Source of the DNA: Moniliella sp. 'wahieum'
Lineage: Eukaryota
DNA length: 64,000 nucleotides
Reading direction: 5' to 3'
NCBI GenBank assembly: GCA_003971905.1
Contig: RSEE01000040.1
Span: forward strand, 1-64,000
In this document: piece after piece, positions 11,589 to 22,587 of the stretch
Layout: each line of letters opens with the position of its first letter
Position numbering within the stretch: position 1 is the stretch's first letter
The notes under the pieces: model-generated
The model's database searches: none
Told to the model about the DNA's origin: nothing
What the model saw: the letters and a program-made list of their open reading frames with translations, nothing else
Translations under genes and position numbers: made by a program

Positions 11589-13437
11589 ATGTCGCCCCCC
11601 CAGCCGCCGCCTGGCGTGCCCATCAACGAGGCCATCCTGCACGTTGACCAGCAGATCACCCTTTGTCTCCAGCGCATCGACGCCCACTTCAGTCAGGCCC
11701 ACGAAACGATCCAGGGTGGTATCCTCCCCAAGATCAAGCGTTATGGCGAACAGAGCCTCCAAATCGGCGATGCTTCCAAATTTTGGCGCATGTTCTTCGA
11801 AACTGCCGCCCAAGTCCGTCTGACTCAGCCGGAGGATGAGTTTGAGGCGCAGGACGAGGCGACGCAGAGCATCGATGCGGAGCATCCATCTGGCGCCTCC
11901 TTCGATCCCCAGGAGGACCTCTCGCGTTTCGACAACTCCCACAGTCTGATGGGGGAGGCGAAGGATAACAATGCAGGCATGTCGTTTGACAAATCTCTTC
12001 TCGTCTCGCCCCCAGGTGAAGCCCATCATTCCCCGCCCCGCCCTTCGTTGGGCGCTCTGAAGGGCGACACATGACCACCCTCATTTCCTGCCCAAGCCCA
12101 CTATGACTCCCGACGTATCCGATGAGAGCATGCTGTTCGACGCCACTCCACGTGTGGGCGCATATGCCAAGCCCAATCTCGAATCCCTTTGCCAAAGCCA
12201 AGCGTGAGTTGGAGAAGCAACTAGCGGCACGGGAGAACGGGGCAGACTTGTTGGCTAGTTTCGATGGCCTTTCCCAATCTTCATCGCCTTTGATGGATGC
12301 CCGCATGGCTACCCGCGTCTCGCTTCGGTTTCCCGCGAGGGTGCCGATCAGCAAGACGAACGGATGGCCACGCCGCCACAAGTCACTCGCGAGTCGCTCG
12401 ACCCGAGTGCAATGGGTCAACGGCGAAAGTCGTTGGCAGCTGCCGCAGCCGCCAACATGTCCCGCAACCGGTTTGGAGCCACTCTGGTTGCTGCACCAAT
12501 GGAGGGCACGCCTTCGGGGCAGAAACCCACCAATCCGTTCACCTCACCCTCCAAACGGACCCCGCTGGCGGGGGTTCAAGACGATGCGAGCATGGCAGGC
12601 ACACCTCGGCCGCCTCAGTTGAGTGTGCCAAAGTGGGACGGAATTGCCGATTTGCGTTCGACGCCGATTGGATCAGCAGGTACGCCGGTGCGCTTGGGAA
12701 ACGTAAGGCCTCATCGCCTCCGGTCACCATGCAGTTTTCCATCCCTCGTTCCAAGTGGCTTAAAACACCAGCCAAGGAGGCAGCGAGGCAAGTGGTCGAT
12801 GAGCTACTCCGCACGGCCGAACGCCATGGGCCGACGGCTGACGAGCTGATCACCCGTCGTCATGCGGAGTATGAGCTTGCGAAACAAAGCTTCTCTCACG
12901 GTACATCCCTTTTTGCAGAGGACAAGTCTGCTCAAGGGGCGAGACGGGCTCTGCGGACGGTCTGTTCTCGGTTCCAGCGCGAGTCGATTCCAATTTGCAA
13001 AACGAGTCCGACTCGGACTCTGACGATGACAGCGATGATTCCGATGGCTCTGGTGACGGCCCCGGTATGGGACATCCTGGGGCTACGGGCCCTGTTGGCG
13101 CGCCCTTGACACGCGATCCTACCGCGAGCAGCTTAGTTTGCTTTCGTCGCGGTCAGGGCTATCGGCGGTGCAGGCTCTAAAGGACGATACGCTGTTTGGG
13201 TCCAAGCTCGGTGCCAACCCGTTCTTTTTGTCGTCTTCCAATGCCTCGGGCAGCGCCATGGGCAGCGCCTCGGGCAGTGCCAGCAACACTACCGGTGTTC
13301 CTGGCTTTGCCCCCCGCGGCAACATTGGCGACTTGGGTACCTTTAACTTTGGCCGTCCCCTCGTCGAGGGGGGAGACCATGACGTGTCGTCTCCGCTCAA
13401 GGACTGGGGCAACAAGGAGGGAGCTACCAACCAGTAA
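11589..13437 (+). CDS. ASK1: DASH/Dam1 complex subunit Ask1 (frameshifted; end approximate)
   Basis: N-terminal VDQQITLCLQRIDAHFSQAH..ILPKIKRYGEQS..ASKFWRMFFETAA matches the DASH_Ask1 domain. Long disordered tail with SPPVTMQFS..LKTPAKEAARQVVDELL. Confidence 0.85.
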
Positions 13438-13973
13438 CCTCTCTACTTGATGTCCATCTCACGGCACCACTGGTAGGGTGCTGCGCCAACCTTTTTGTTT
13501 TCGCTGTATCTCTGATTTCTCGCGAGCATTTTCTCTGTTCCTCTGGCGTGCTGATGCATGTGCTGTAAGCTTCACCGAACGTCTAGGAGTGTGCATAGCA
13601 GAACAGAAGATATACAAACCAGGCGAAGGATCGATCTGGGCTGGAGATAGTACGCCGTGGTTAGCGCTTCTTAGTGGTTGTTAGCAATGACTGTGTTCAT
13701 CTTGGTTACTTAGGGGGGTTAGTAGCATGCCTCAAGAGTCCCCTCCGCATATATAAGCCGCGCAAGCATTCTCCTGTATTTGCACGCTGTTCAGCCAACT
13801 TGATACGTGTGCCCTGGCGAGCGTTATGGTTCTTGCGGGAGACACAGGGACTGCTGATGGATCCGCATTGGATAAGCACAGCAGAGAGAGGGACAGATGG
13901 GGGAGATGGGAGCGAAGGGAGATCTCTCGGCTAGTGAGCAGCACCAACGGGCGGCATGGATAGCAATCAGACC

Positions 13974-14010
13974 GGGGCCGGTGCACAGACCGCGGGGCCG
14001 GTGCACAGCC
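13974..14010 (+). repeat. Short direct repeat GGGGCCGGTGCACAG x2
   Basis: ggggccggtgcacag-accgc-ggggccggtgcacag, upstream of TIM44. Confidence 0.6.
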
Positions 14011-14208
14011 CGGCTGCCCCGCAGACATCGTCGACCATCGGCTGCCCGGCAGAATGACGGCATTCAGTTGTTCTTGGCGATTGTGCGCCGGGCGTTAAGG
14101 CCTGAGGGCCTGAAGAGGAGGCTATTCTTCGGGCGCATTGCTGTTTTATAGACTGGAGTAATATCATTGCACACACACAAGTCCCGGCCCTCCGTCACTG
14201 TCACCCTC

Positions 14209-14253
14209 AACTCGACTCGACTCGACTCGACTCAACCAAACGCAACTCAACTC
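14209..14253 (+). repeat. (ACTCG)n pentanucleotide microsatellite in TIM44 5' region
   Basis: aactcgactcgactcgactcgactcaacc...caactcaactc. Confidence 0.7.
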
Positions 14254-14314
14254 TCTCCACCGTCATCTTCCCTTGAGGCATCTGCATCCTCCCCGCCACC
14301 CACGCGCTGCGAGG

Positions 14315-15952
14315 ATGGTGCCCAGAATACCTGCTGCTGCGCCTATGCTCGCCCGCGGTTCCCTTCCGCGCCCGGCGTACGTTGCCGCCCTCCGCGCCTG
14401 CGCTGTCGCCCTTCCCGCTTCGGCGTCATCCGTCAACCTTGCTGTCCGTGCATTCCACGCCTCCCGATGCGCTGGCGATGCGCCCCGCTCGCCCTTTGCC
14501 GTGTTTGTGGAGACGCTGAAGGAGGAGCTACGCAAGAACAAGGAGCTGCAGGACAATGTCCGTCAGCTGCAGGGCGAGGCGGGGAAAGTGCAAGACAGTG
14601 CTGCACTTCAGCAGGCCAAAGCGGCGTACGAGCGGATGCGTATTGTGGCCAGCCTCAAGGAGAACCCCAAGTTGCAGGCGGCTGCGAATCAGCTGAAAAG
14701 TCCGGGGGCAAGGTGGGGGATGCGGTGGGCGAGGCATTGAAGCAATTGGAAGAAAGCGAGTTGGCTCGTGCGCTCGGCGCCGTCGGTCGTGGCATCGCCA
14801 CCGTTGCCGACAAAACCACCGCCCCGTCCGCAACACGGAGGCGTATCGTGCCTTAGTTTAGCACCACCCTCGCCGAGGCGTTTGACGATGGTGGCTCGGC
14901 GCTGCGAATGTACGATGACCAGGCGGAGGCAGCCGATGCGCGCCGGGCGCGAGCGTCGCGTCGTGCTGCTCGCCTGAAGCGCATTGGCCGCCAACCGCCC
15001 ATTCATGACGTTGAAGCCGACCCCACTCCATCGGTAGACCCAGAACTGGCGGCCCGTGCCGAGGCAATGGGCATCAGCCCCGAGATGATTCAAAAGTCGG
15101 CCGAGGCTGACACTCAAGCGGCCGAGGAGGCGGAGCGACAAGCAAGCCAGCCCAAACTCTTGGCAGGCTATGCAGTTACCTCTCGAGTCGTCGAAAACCC
15201 CGATGCGGGCGAAGCGCTCGTGCTTGCTCCAGAGAAAGAGTTGACGGGCGGGAAGCTGAAAAGAATGCGATTTCCGACTCGTTTGTTGGGCGCAAGTGGT
15301 CCGAATTCAAAGAGATGTATGCCGAGTCGGAGATGCCAGCGGTGGAGCGCGTACGCTCCATCACTGACAAGATTGGTGGCTGGTTTGAGGAAAACGAGAC
15401 GGCCCAGGTGGTACGGGCGCTGCGAACACAAGATCCGGGGTTCAGCCTGGCCCCAGTTCACCGTGGAGCTGCGTGAATATGTGCTGCCCGAGTTTATCGA
15501 TGCCTACCACGCAGGTTCGCGCTTGTTGCTACGCCAGTGGTGCGGCGAGGCAACGTACAATGTGATCATGGCCACTGTCGATCCCTATCTCGCCAAGGGC
15601 TACATTGCCCATGGCCGTCTGCTCGACCTCGACTCGATCGAAATTTTGAATGGCAAAAAGATGCTCGATGGAGGGCTGCCCGTTGTGGTCGTGACCTGCG
15701 CCTCGCAGGAGCTCATGTACTTTACCGACCCACGCACGGGCGAAGTCAAGGCGGGCAACAAGGCCCAGGCCGAGGCCTGCCGGTACGCCTTGGTCTTCAC
15801 TCGCGACGAAAGCATGCTCGACAACGAGATCACGGGCGGGTGGAAGATTATCGAGGTAGGCATTCCCCGTTCCCTTCCTCCATCTCTACTGAAGCTGAAC
15901 TAACCTGTTGCTCTTGCAGATGGCCCGCCGAGGTCAAGCATCGTTCTTGTAA
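14315..15952 (+). CDS. TIM44: Mitochondrial import motor subunit Tim44 (intron 15856-15919)
   Basis: Presequence ending RAFHASR, then SPFAVFVETLKEELRKNKELQDNVRQLQG, and a C-terminal Tim44 domain (WFEENETAQV, ELREYVLPE, LLRQWCGEATYNV, NEITGGWKIIE|MARRG). Confidence 0.93.
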
Positions 15953-16480
15953 TCTGGAACCCCTTGCCCTCCTTCCACCCTCCCGCGCTACCCACCAGGC
16001 CAATGTTCTTCATTTTTGCACCGTTACCCACTAATTTGCATACCTAATCGTCTCTCTTCACTTGTCTGCATCGCACCTTTTCCAGTCGCACCATGCTGGG
16101 ATGCGTGCCTTATCTGCCACCACTGCATTGTCCTCGCTTCGAACGGATTACAATGCCGTGTCATTTGCGAAGGGGGAAAGGCAGGCCCAGTTAAGGCCAA
16201 CCAATGCGGAAGGACCTTGGCTCTGGACGTGACCGCAGCCAGGTTGCCTTTTGTCCTGCCCGTGGCAATCCGCGCCACACAATGTCGTATAACTGCAAAT
16301 AGTCCTTTGCGTCATCCTCGTCCTCTGCGCTAACTGTCCAGTCGATAATGGTTCCGTACGCGCGCCAGATAGGGATATAGTAGCCTCAGGGAAGACTGGC
16401 AGACAGGCTAGACAACAGTGGGAAGGGATAGGCAACGGTGCATGAAGAATGCGATAAGGCGGGCAATGACCAGTGACGGG

Positions 16481-18808
16481 TTAATGGTGGCAAAGTTCTT
16501 GGAACGCCGACTCGACTGCTTCCTTGATCTGAACCAGAACAATGGCAGGAACAATAGCCAACTGTTAGTGGAACGTCCGCCATCAAGCAAAAGTAGAGGT
16601 AACAAACATACTTCATGATAGCTCACTACAATGCACGTTTGCTCGTCGCGGCTCGTGAGCAGCAAGCGCTCCTCGGACCCGGCATCAAGCTTGTTGAGGT
16701 TGACCAGAATGTAACTCAAGTCCACCAACGGGGTACCTGCTTCAGTTGAGGCGTGGAAAACAGCGTCGCGGAAGAGCTTGACCAAGTACCGTTCTCCCGT
16801 TTCGGACCAGCGTGCATCATGGTCCAGCTCCCCGCGTTCATTGACAAATCCGAGCTTACACAGCAGCCGGACCAGCCTGCCATTCTCCACCTCCTTCTGC
16901 AGACTGGATCGGAGCACATCCGACGCACCCAGCGACGCATTGAGCGTATCGGCCATGCGCGGCGCCAGGCGCACAATCAGCTGCGTTGCGCTCCGGTCCT
17001 CTCCACACAGCAGCCATCGCACCACCTCCTCCAGCTCGGACGAATAGGCTCCACGCATCATAGCCAGTGCTGTGGGTACGTCTGCTGCGCGCTGGGCTGC
17101 CTCGGCACTGCCAGAAGCAAGAGTAACAATCAGCTTGGCCACATCAGCCAGATCGTCGACTTGCACCTGAGTCGGCTGATCAGCGCCGACGCCCGGAGGA
17201 GGCAGAGCGCCCTCTGGCAATGGATCCAACACGTCCAACACACTTGCTCCTGAAAAGCGTACCTTGCCAGGTTCGGTGAGAAGCACCTTGTGGGGCGTGA
17301 TGGTTCGCACCGCTAGGCCGGCGGCGTGGACCGACCGAAGTGCAGTAGCCATCTGGACCAAGTAGAGCCATAGCGTCGCCTCGGACACACCTAGGGGGCG
17401 GCGGGGCGGGGCGCGCAGCATAGCTTTGCCGCGCATATGCGGCTTGCGCATAGGGACGGAGCAGATCGGTGGCAGCGGTAGCTTTGAAGGGGAGGTGGGC
17501 CTGGGCGAGGGTGACGCTGCCGGCATGGTACTCGGTAACAAAGACCAAGTTCGATACGCCAAACGCACGCGTGGTAAACGCTTCGTACACGCCTACCACC
17601 CCCGGTATGGGCGGACGGCGCGGATTGTTAAGAGCGTTGCGCCACCGCTGGACGGCAGCCAAATGCGCGTCGGCGCCAAGGCGAAAATTGGCAATTCGCG
17701 TTAGGCAGTACGTCCGCCCATCCTCTTGCGACAGCGCCTTGTACACCGTCGTGGGGAACCCACGAAACGTACGCGACGGCTGCCCGCCCGTCGGAACCGG
17801 CGCTTGTGCTGCAAATTCTGGTGGGGCCAGCGCAGACGGAAGCCCTGTTGCTGCAGCTGCCGCGGCCGGACCGAGCGGGGGACCCTGACCTGAGTTGGCA
17901 GGCGGCGGGAGCCGTTCCAATGGGCACAAGCTGTGGTACTTGTTGACAAACTCGGGCAACTGGGGACCATGAAGGGCAGGGGGCACAGGCCCGGTCCAGG
18001 TGGCTTCTTGCCGCCGGTGTAGCAGCTCGCTCAAGTTGGAAGGAAGGAAGAACACATCGGACGCGGCCGTATCGGACGCCGCAGGGGAAACGTGGATGGG
18101 CAGGCGCGGGGGCGGGCCGGCAGGCGCATAGAGCTGGTACTGCAGCGCCAGCGTTGGCTGCTGCTGCGCCAAGGTGGGCGGCATCCCCATCCGGCCCGCT
18201 GCGGCCGTCAGGGCAGCCGCATGGTTCGCCGCATTAGCCTGGACCGGGTTGTGTGTACTGCGATGCAAACGGTGGCATCGGGACCGGCCCGACCGACGAT
18301 CCGACCCCGCCAGCGATCGGATGAGCGTACTCGACGGGCGGCCATTCGTCATCGTCATCAGGCAAATAGACACCGTTGGGGGGCACCGCCGGGAGGAAGC
18401 AGACGCGCCGGGCTCGAGGGCCGAGAGGTGGGCCGGGACTGGGGGCGGAAGGGGGCGGCGCGGAGGGCGGTGCTCATGCTGAGGGGCGGGAGCGGATTTG
18501 GCGGCTCGCTCAGCGTCGGGCTGGACTGGACGGGGGTGGAGGCAACGCTGCGCGGGACAAACACAGCGGCCTTGGCGGCGCGCGCAGGCAGTGTGGACGC
18601 GCTGGGTGGCGGCGGGGGGTTGGAGTGGAGCGAGAGGCCGGCGAGGGACGAGGCGAGGCGGCCGCCAGCGCTGCTGGGGGCGGCTGGAACGCATGGGCGT
18701 GGCTGGAGAGGGGCGCGCCGGGGGAGAGGGGAGGCGAGCTGGTGGTGGTGCCGGGGGCGGGCGGCGCGGGGAGAAGACGGGCGCAGAGGGGGAGGGCCGC
18801 GTGCTCAT
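16481..18808 (-). CDS. PAN3: PAN2-PAN3 deadenylase subunit Pan3 (pseudokinase; start uncertain; intron near 16529-16611)
   Basis: YHSLCPLE, VYKALSQEDGRTYCLTRI, EAFTTRAFG, LWLYLVQMATALRSVHAAGLA, KEVENGRLVRLLCKLGFVNER..WSETGERY, LNKLDAGSEE..SRDEQ; PAM2-like AKAAVFVP. Confidence 0.93.
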
Positions 18809-19425
18809 TGCATTCCTCGCGTCGCGGCGGTCGGCGGGCGCGTCGCGTGGGACGGGGGGGGCGAGGCGTGGCGGAGGCGTGGCCGTGGCAGCGCAGTGGT
18901 GGCCGGGCACGCGGAGGGGCGGAATGCAGGCAGGCGTGGCGGGCAGGGTGCGATTGGGGCCTGTGGCTGCCCCCTGCCTGCGCCGCCCATTCCGCCCGCC
19001 CGCTCCAGTCCGCCGCTGCCCCTGCAGCGCCATGCATGGGGTGCAGCCGAAGCGGCCAGTCGGCCACCGCCTCCTTGCTGGGCCGCCTGTGGGCAGCGGT
19101 GCGTTCGTGTGTCGGTGTGTTGCATTATCGATCTCAGTGCATCCATACCAAGCGCCGGTCCTCGATAAGATCGCTACTCGGCTAGTAAGCGGTACCCCCC
19201 AGGACTCGCGGTCAGATCTCAGAATCTCAGAAATGACCGTCATCGATCGTCGATCATCGATCATATATACGATCGCTCGGCTCATCGATCATCGCTCATC
19301 GGCCCATCTGCAGGTTTCGTCAAAACGCCCCGAGTGCTCCAAATTGAATATTGCCGCGCCCCAGCCGGTGCCACCTCCTATCTCGCAGCCACCACCACCC
19401 CCCCAGATCTCTGCTCCCTCGGACC

Positions 19426-20109
19426 ATGGAACACGACCACGCAGCCATGATGGCCTCCATGTCCATGGCCATGGACCACGACATGCCGGGAATGCCCCCC
19501 GGCCACCACATGCCCCACCCGTCCCCCACGCCCTCGCCTTCCCCCATGTGCAAGATGAACATGATCTGGGACTGGGGCTACCCGCAAGACGTCTGCGTTG
19601 TCTTCCGTTCTTGGCAGATCCACACCACCTTTGACTTTTATCTTTACACAACCCTCATCATTTGCCTCGCTGCCGCCTTCGAATGGCTTCGCCTGGCCAT
19701 CGTGGCCCAAGACGTGGCACTCTGTGCTTCAACGTCCGCCTCCACTTCGCGGCGAGGATCTACGCCCCCCGACCTGCCTGCGCCCGCGGTCATTGCGACA
19801 GGAAGCACTTCTCCCCGTACCTCCCTGATCAAGCCGCTTTCCATCCCCCGTTCCACGCAACTTAAGCGGGCAGCGCTCCATGGCGCCCGCGTCGCGTTGT
19901 CCTTCTGGCTCATGCTTGTGTTCATGACGTACAATGCGTTCCTGGCAGCGGCCGTGGTCTTGGGTGCGTGCTATGTCGCTGCGGGGTTAACTCTGGGATA
20001 CTGACACGTAGGTGTAGGTGCCATCTTGGGCCACTACCTCTTTGACCGCGACCTGTTCCGCCGCAAGGCATCAGTTTTGCGTCCAGAGGACAGCGACATT
20101 TGCCACTAG
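19426..20109 (+). CDS. CTR2: Ctr-family copper transporter, Ctr2-like (intron 19964-20017)
   Basis: Met/His-rich N-terminus, CKMNMIWDW, CVVFRSWQI, MxxxM motif (MLVFMTYN), GxxxG (GAILG) and C-terminal CH*. Confidence 0.9.
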
Positions 20110-20249
20110 TGCACCGAACTTTTTTTTCTTCCTACTCTTTAGTCCCTCGCCCTGTTTTCCGTCTTACGAAGCAAGAATCGCCACATGATGATAGCATCCT
20201 GTAAGCGCATCCGAGAAAGAGAATCGGTCCCTGTAGAATACGAGCGAAA

Positions 20250-20600
20250 AAGGCAGCAGATATTGTGGCTAAAGATAAGCAGGACCAACAGCACCAAAAC
20301 AAGATTGATTGCCGTCGTGACTAGCTTCTGCTTACGCGCTGCTTTGATCATCTGTCTCAGGGTATACGACGAACGGCCGAGGAACAAATTCGCATCGCGC
20401 AACGTAACGCTCGCATGCTCAATATGTTTCCGCTGCCCGGACAGATCGGAAAGAATGACGGCACGCCACTCCTCGGTCTGAAGGGCTGGTTGGTGGGACA
20501 CTTACCGTCGATTGACCTTCTGGGGCTAGGAGGAGCCTTGCAAAGACGTTGTCTCTGTTCCAGCCCTTGCGACTGTGCCTCGGCCTTAGCACCTTCGAGT
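20250..20600 (-). pseudogene. VTI1-like Qb-SNARE C-terminal relic
   Basis: EQRQRL / SHQPALQTEEWRAVILSDLSGQRKHIEHASVTLRDANLFLGRSSYTLRQMIKAARKQKLVTTAINLVLVLLVLLIF resembles the Vti1 SNARE helix plus TM anchor. No Habc domain found. Confidence 0.65.
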
Positions 20601-20612
20601 TCCGGGCCAAAT

Positions 20613-22109
20613 ATGCCGCTGCCGCTGCGCAAGCCGTTCTGGCTTCGTGGTGATCAGTGTCATAGCCCCACCTTTCTATTTTCCCACCTCACCTGTTCAG
20701 GGGAACCAACTAGCAGACGCCATCGCCCGCTCCAGGTCAACAAGCCTGTAGCATGCTCCTTCACGAGCTCCGTTTTGGCGCGCCTGGTGGTGGTGGACAG
20801 GAAAGGCGAGTATGGCACCACGCATGGCAAGACACTGTCACCGAGCGGACGGCTGGGGACGCACGACGCCTGTGTTGCTCCGCCCGCCACGGGGGCAGGC
20901 AGCGCAAGAAGAGCGTCTGCTCGCGCGCGGAGCAGCGGGTGGTTTCAGTGTTTCAAGTGCCTCCCGCTGAGCGAGTTTCAGTACTCGGACGACGACGGAG
21001 GGCCCACACCAGCTACGCAGTACCCACTCAGCCTCCTCCCAACTCCGCCCTCCCGCCCGTTCTCCCCAGCGGCCCTCCACCACCGCCCCCCGCATCCCTC
21101 ACCCACACCATGGTCGAAGGCAGCACCAGCACCAGCACACCAGCACCAGCACCACCAGCACCAGCACCTTCCGTCCTGCCCACGCCCAGCGGGCCACCCC
21201 GACGATGGCCCCCACCTCGTTGCTCCTGCACCGCGTCGGCCTGCCGTCCTGCGCAAGCGCAGCCGCAAGCCCACCCCTTCGTCCAAACTCGAGAGAAGCG
21301 ACGCAGAACCTAGGCGGCCTGCACCAGCTCATGAAGGGTCGTCGCGAAGGAGGCGAGCGCGGCTGGCCCGGACCCGGTGCCGCGCCCGGGCCACACCCGG
21401 CGCCCCAGCGGCAGCTTGTCCCCTATCCCGGCCGATCCGGAGGAAGAGCACATGTCTACCGAGTCAGCGAGGCCAGCGGAAAGTGCATGGGAAGCCCGGC
21501 CAACCGAGGCGGAACTCAAGTGGCGCGGGTTGCCCACCCACACTGCGCGCTCGGGATCGCGCACTCTGCTTCCTTCCCCACCACCCCCGGCTCCCAACTC
21601 GCCTATCCCCCCCTTGGTGCACCATTGAACGCCATCCCCTCCTCCTCCTCCGGCCGGGCGCACGGAGCAGATACGTGTCAGGGATTGACAAGCTGCGCAA
21701 CCTCACTTCGCCCATCAGCCGGCAAACGTACCTGACCAATCCACTCGAGAAGGGACTGCAAGCGCTGCACCCGCCCTCGTCGCCAGGTGTGCCTTCACCC
21801 TTGGGCGCCAGGGAAGAACCACTGGCGTCAATGGACCTTGACCCCATGGGGCCGGAAGCCGGGCAGGAGTTGGCCGCCATCCTTGCTTCGAAGGGGGCTG
21901 CAGACAGGATGACAGGTGGCGCCGAGGCGTGCACCCACAACCTGTCTCCGAACCAGCTGCTGCCCAAAAACGGAGCAGCAGGCGCGCGAGCGACATGCAG
22001 CGGGTCGAGGGAGGGGCAGGAACAGGAGCAAGAACAAGAACAGGAGCAGGGGCAGGAGCAGGCGAGGGAGAAGGCTGATGTGCGCATGGGGAGCGGGGAC
22101 GAGGTGTGA
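20613..22109 (+). CDS. Hypothetical low-complexity protein (start uncertain)
   Basis: Long open frame with protein-like segments (FQYSDDDGG, AWEARPTEAELKWRGLP, YVSGIDKLRNLTSPISRQTYLTNPLEKGL), CAGCAC repeats and an EQ repeat. Acceptor-like site at 20700. Confidence 0.5.
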   Translation: MPLPLRKPFWLRGDQCHSPTFLFSHLTCSGEPTSRRHRPLQVNKPVACSFTSSVLARLVVVDRKGEYGTTHGKTLSPSGRLGTHDACVAPPATGAGSARRASARARSSGWFQCFKCLPLSEFQYSDDDGGPTPATQYPLSLLPTPPSRPFSPAALHHRPPHPSPTPWSKAAPAPAHQHQHHQHQHLPSCPRPAGHPDDGPHLVAPAPRRPAVLRKRSRKPTPSSKLERSDAEPRRPAPAHEGSSRRRRARLARTRCRARATPGAPAAACPLSRPIRRKSTCLPSQRGQRKVHGKPGQPRRNSSGAGCPPTLRARDRALCFLPHHPRLPTRLSPPWCTIERHPLLLLRPGARSRYVSGIDKLRNLTSPISRQTYLTNPLEKGLQALHPPSSPGVPSPLGAREEPLASMDLDPMGPEAGQELAAILASKGAADRMTGGAEACTHNLSPNQLLPKNGAAGARATCSGSREGQEQEQEQEQEQGQEQAREKADVRMGSGDEV

Positions 22110-22478
22110 CGTGGGGCATGTGCGCTCTTTTGTTTCGATCATCTCGATCCTCGATCAGGCCCGCAGGGTTCCTGTGATGGACAAATTCATTTGCGTCGTA
22201 GCAGCGCGGCCGGGCCGCCGTGCAGGGCGACGAATGGGGACGAAGGGGGTGAAGATGAAGCGTAGAGAGACTTGGATAGCAGCGATCAAAACAGCAGCCA
22301 AAAGTATGACTATGAGGGGCCGCTGACGGCGCTGGTGGCGCTGGTGGCTGGCGGCGCTTGCTGGCGGGGCTCAGGGGCAGTGTTGGTGCCAATGGGCCCC
22401 TCGAGGCGGCGGACATCCTGACAGTCTCGCTGGCCTGGGCGGTGTTGCGCCGCTGCCGCTCGCGCTTGCCGTCTCTCC

Positions 22479-22505
22479 ATCGCCATCGCCATCGCCATCG
22501 CCATC
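22479..22505 (+). repeat. (CATCGC)n hexamer repeat
   Basis: catcgc repeated four times in the 5' leader of the RhoGAP gene. Confidence 0.6.
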
Positions 22506-22587
22506 CCCTCGTCTCCCTCTCTCTTCCCCCCCCCACCCCCTCCCCCGCCGCAGCGGCTCCTCGCTCTTTTCCGCCGCCGGAAGCACG

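Noticed and set aside
13750..13900. TATA followed by a possible H/ACA snoRNA
   Set aside because: No properly placed H box or ACA tail.
17180..19634. Long overlapping ORFs on both strands (e.g. 18092..19168 +, 18498..19634 +)
   Set aside because: They are stop-poor shadow frames of GC-rich PAN3 sequence, with low-complexity Arg/Gly/Pro translations.
20005..20017. Tandem 3' splice acceptors (TAG GTG TAG) in CTR2
   Set aside because: It would only add two residues, and there is no evidence of use without RNA data.
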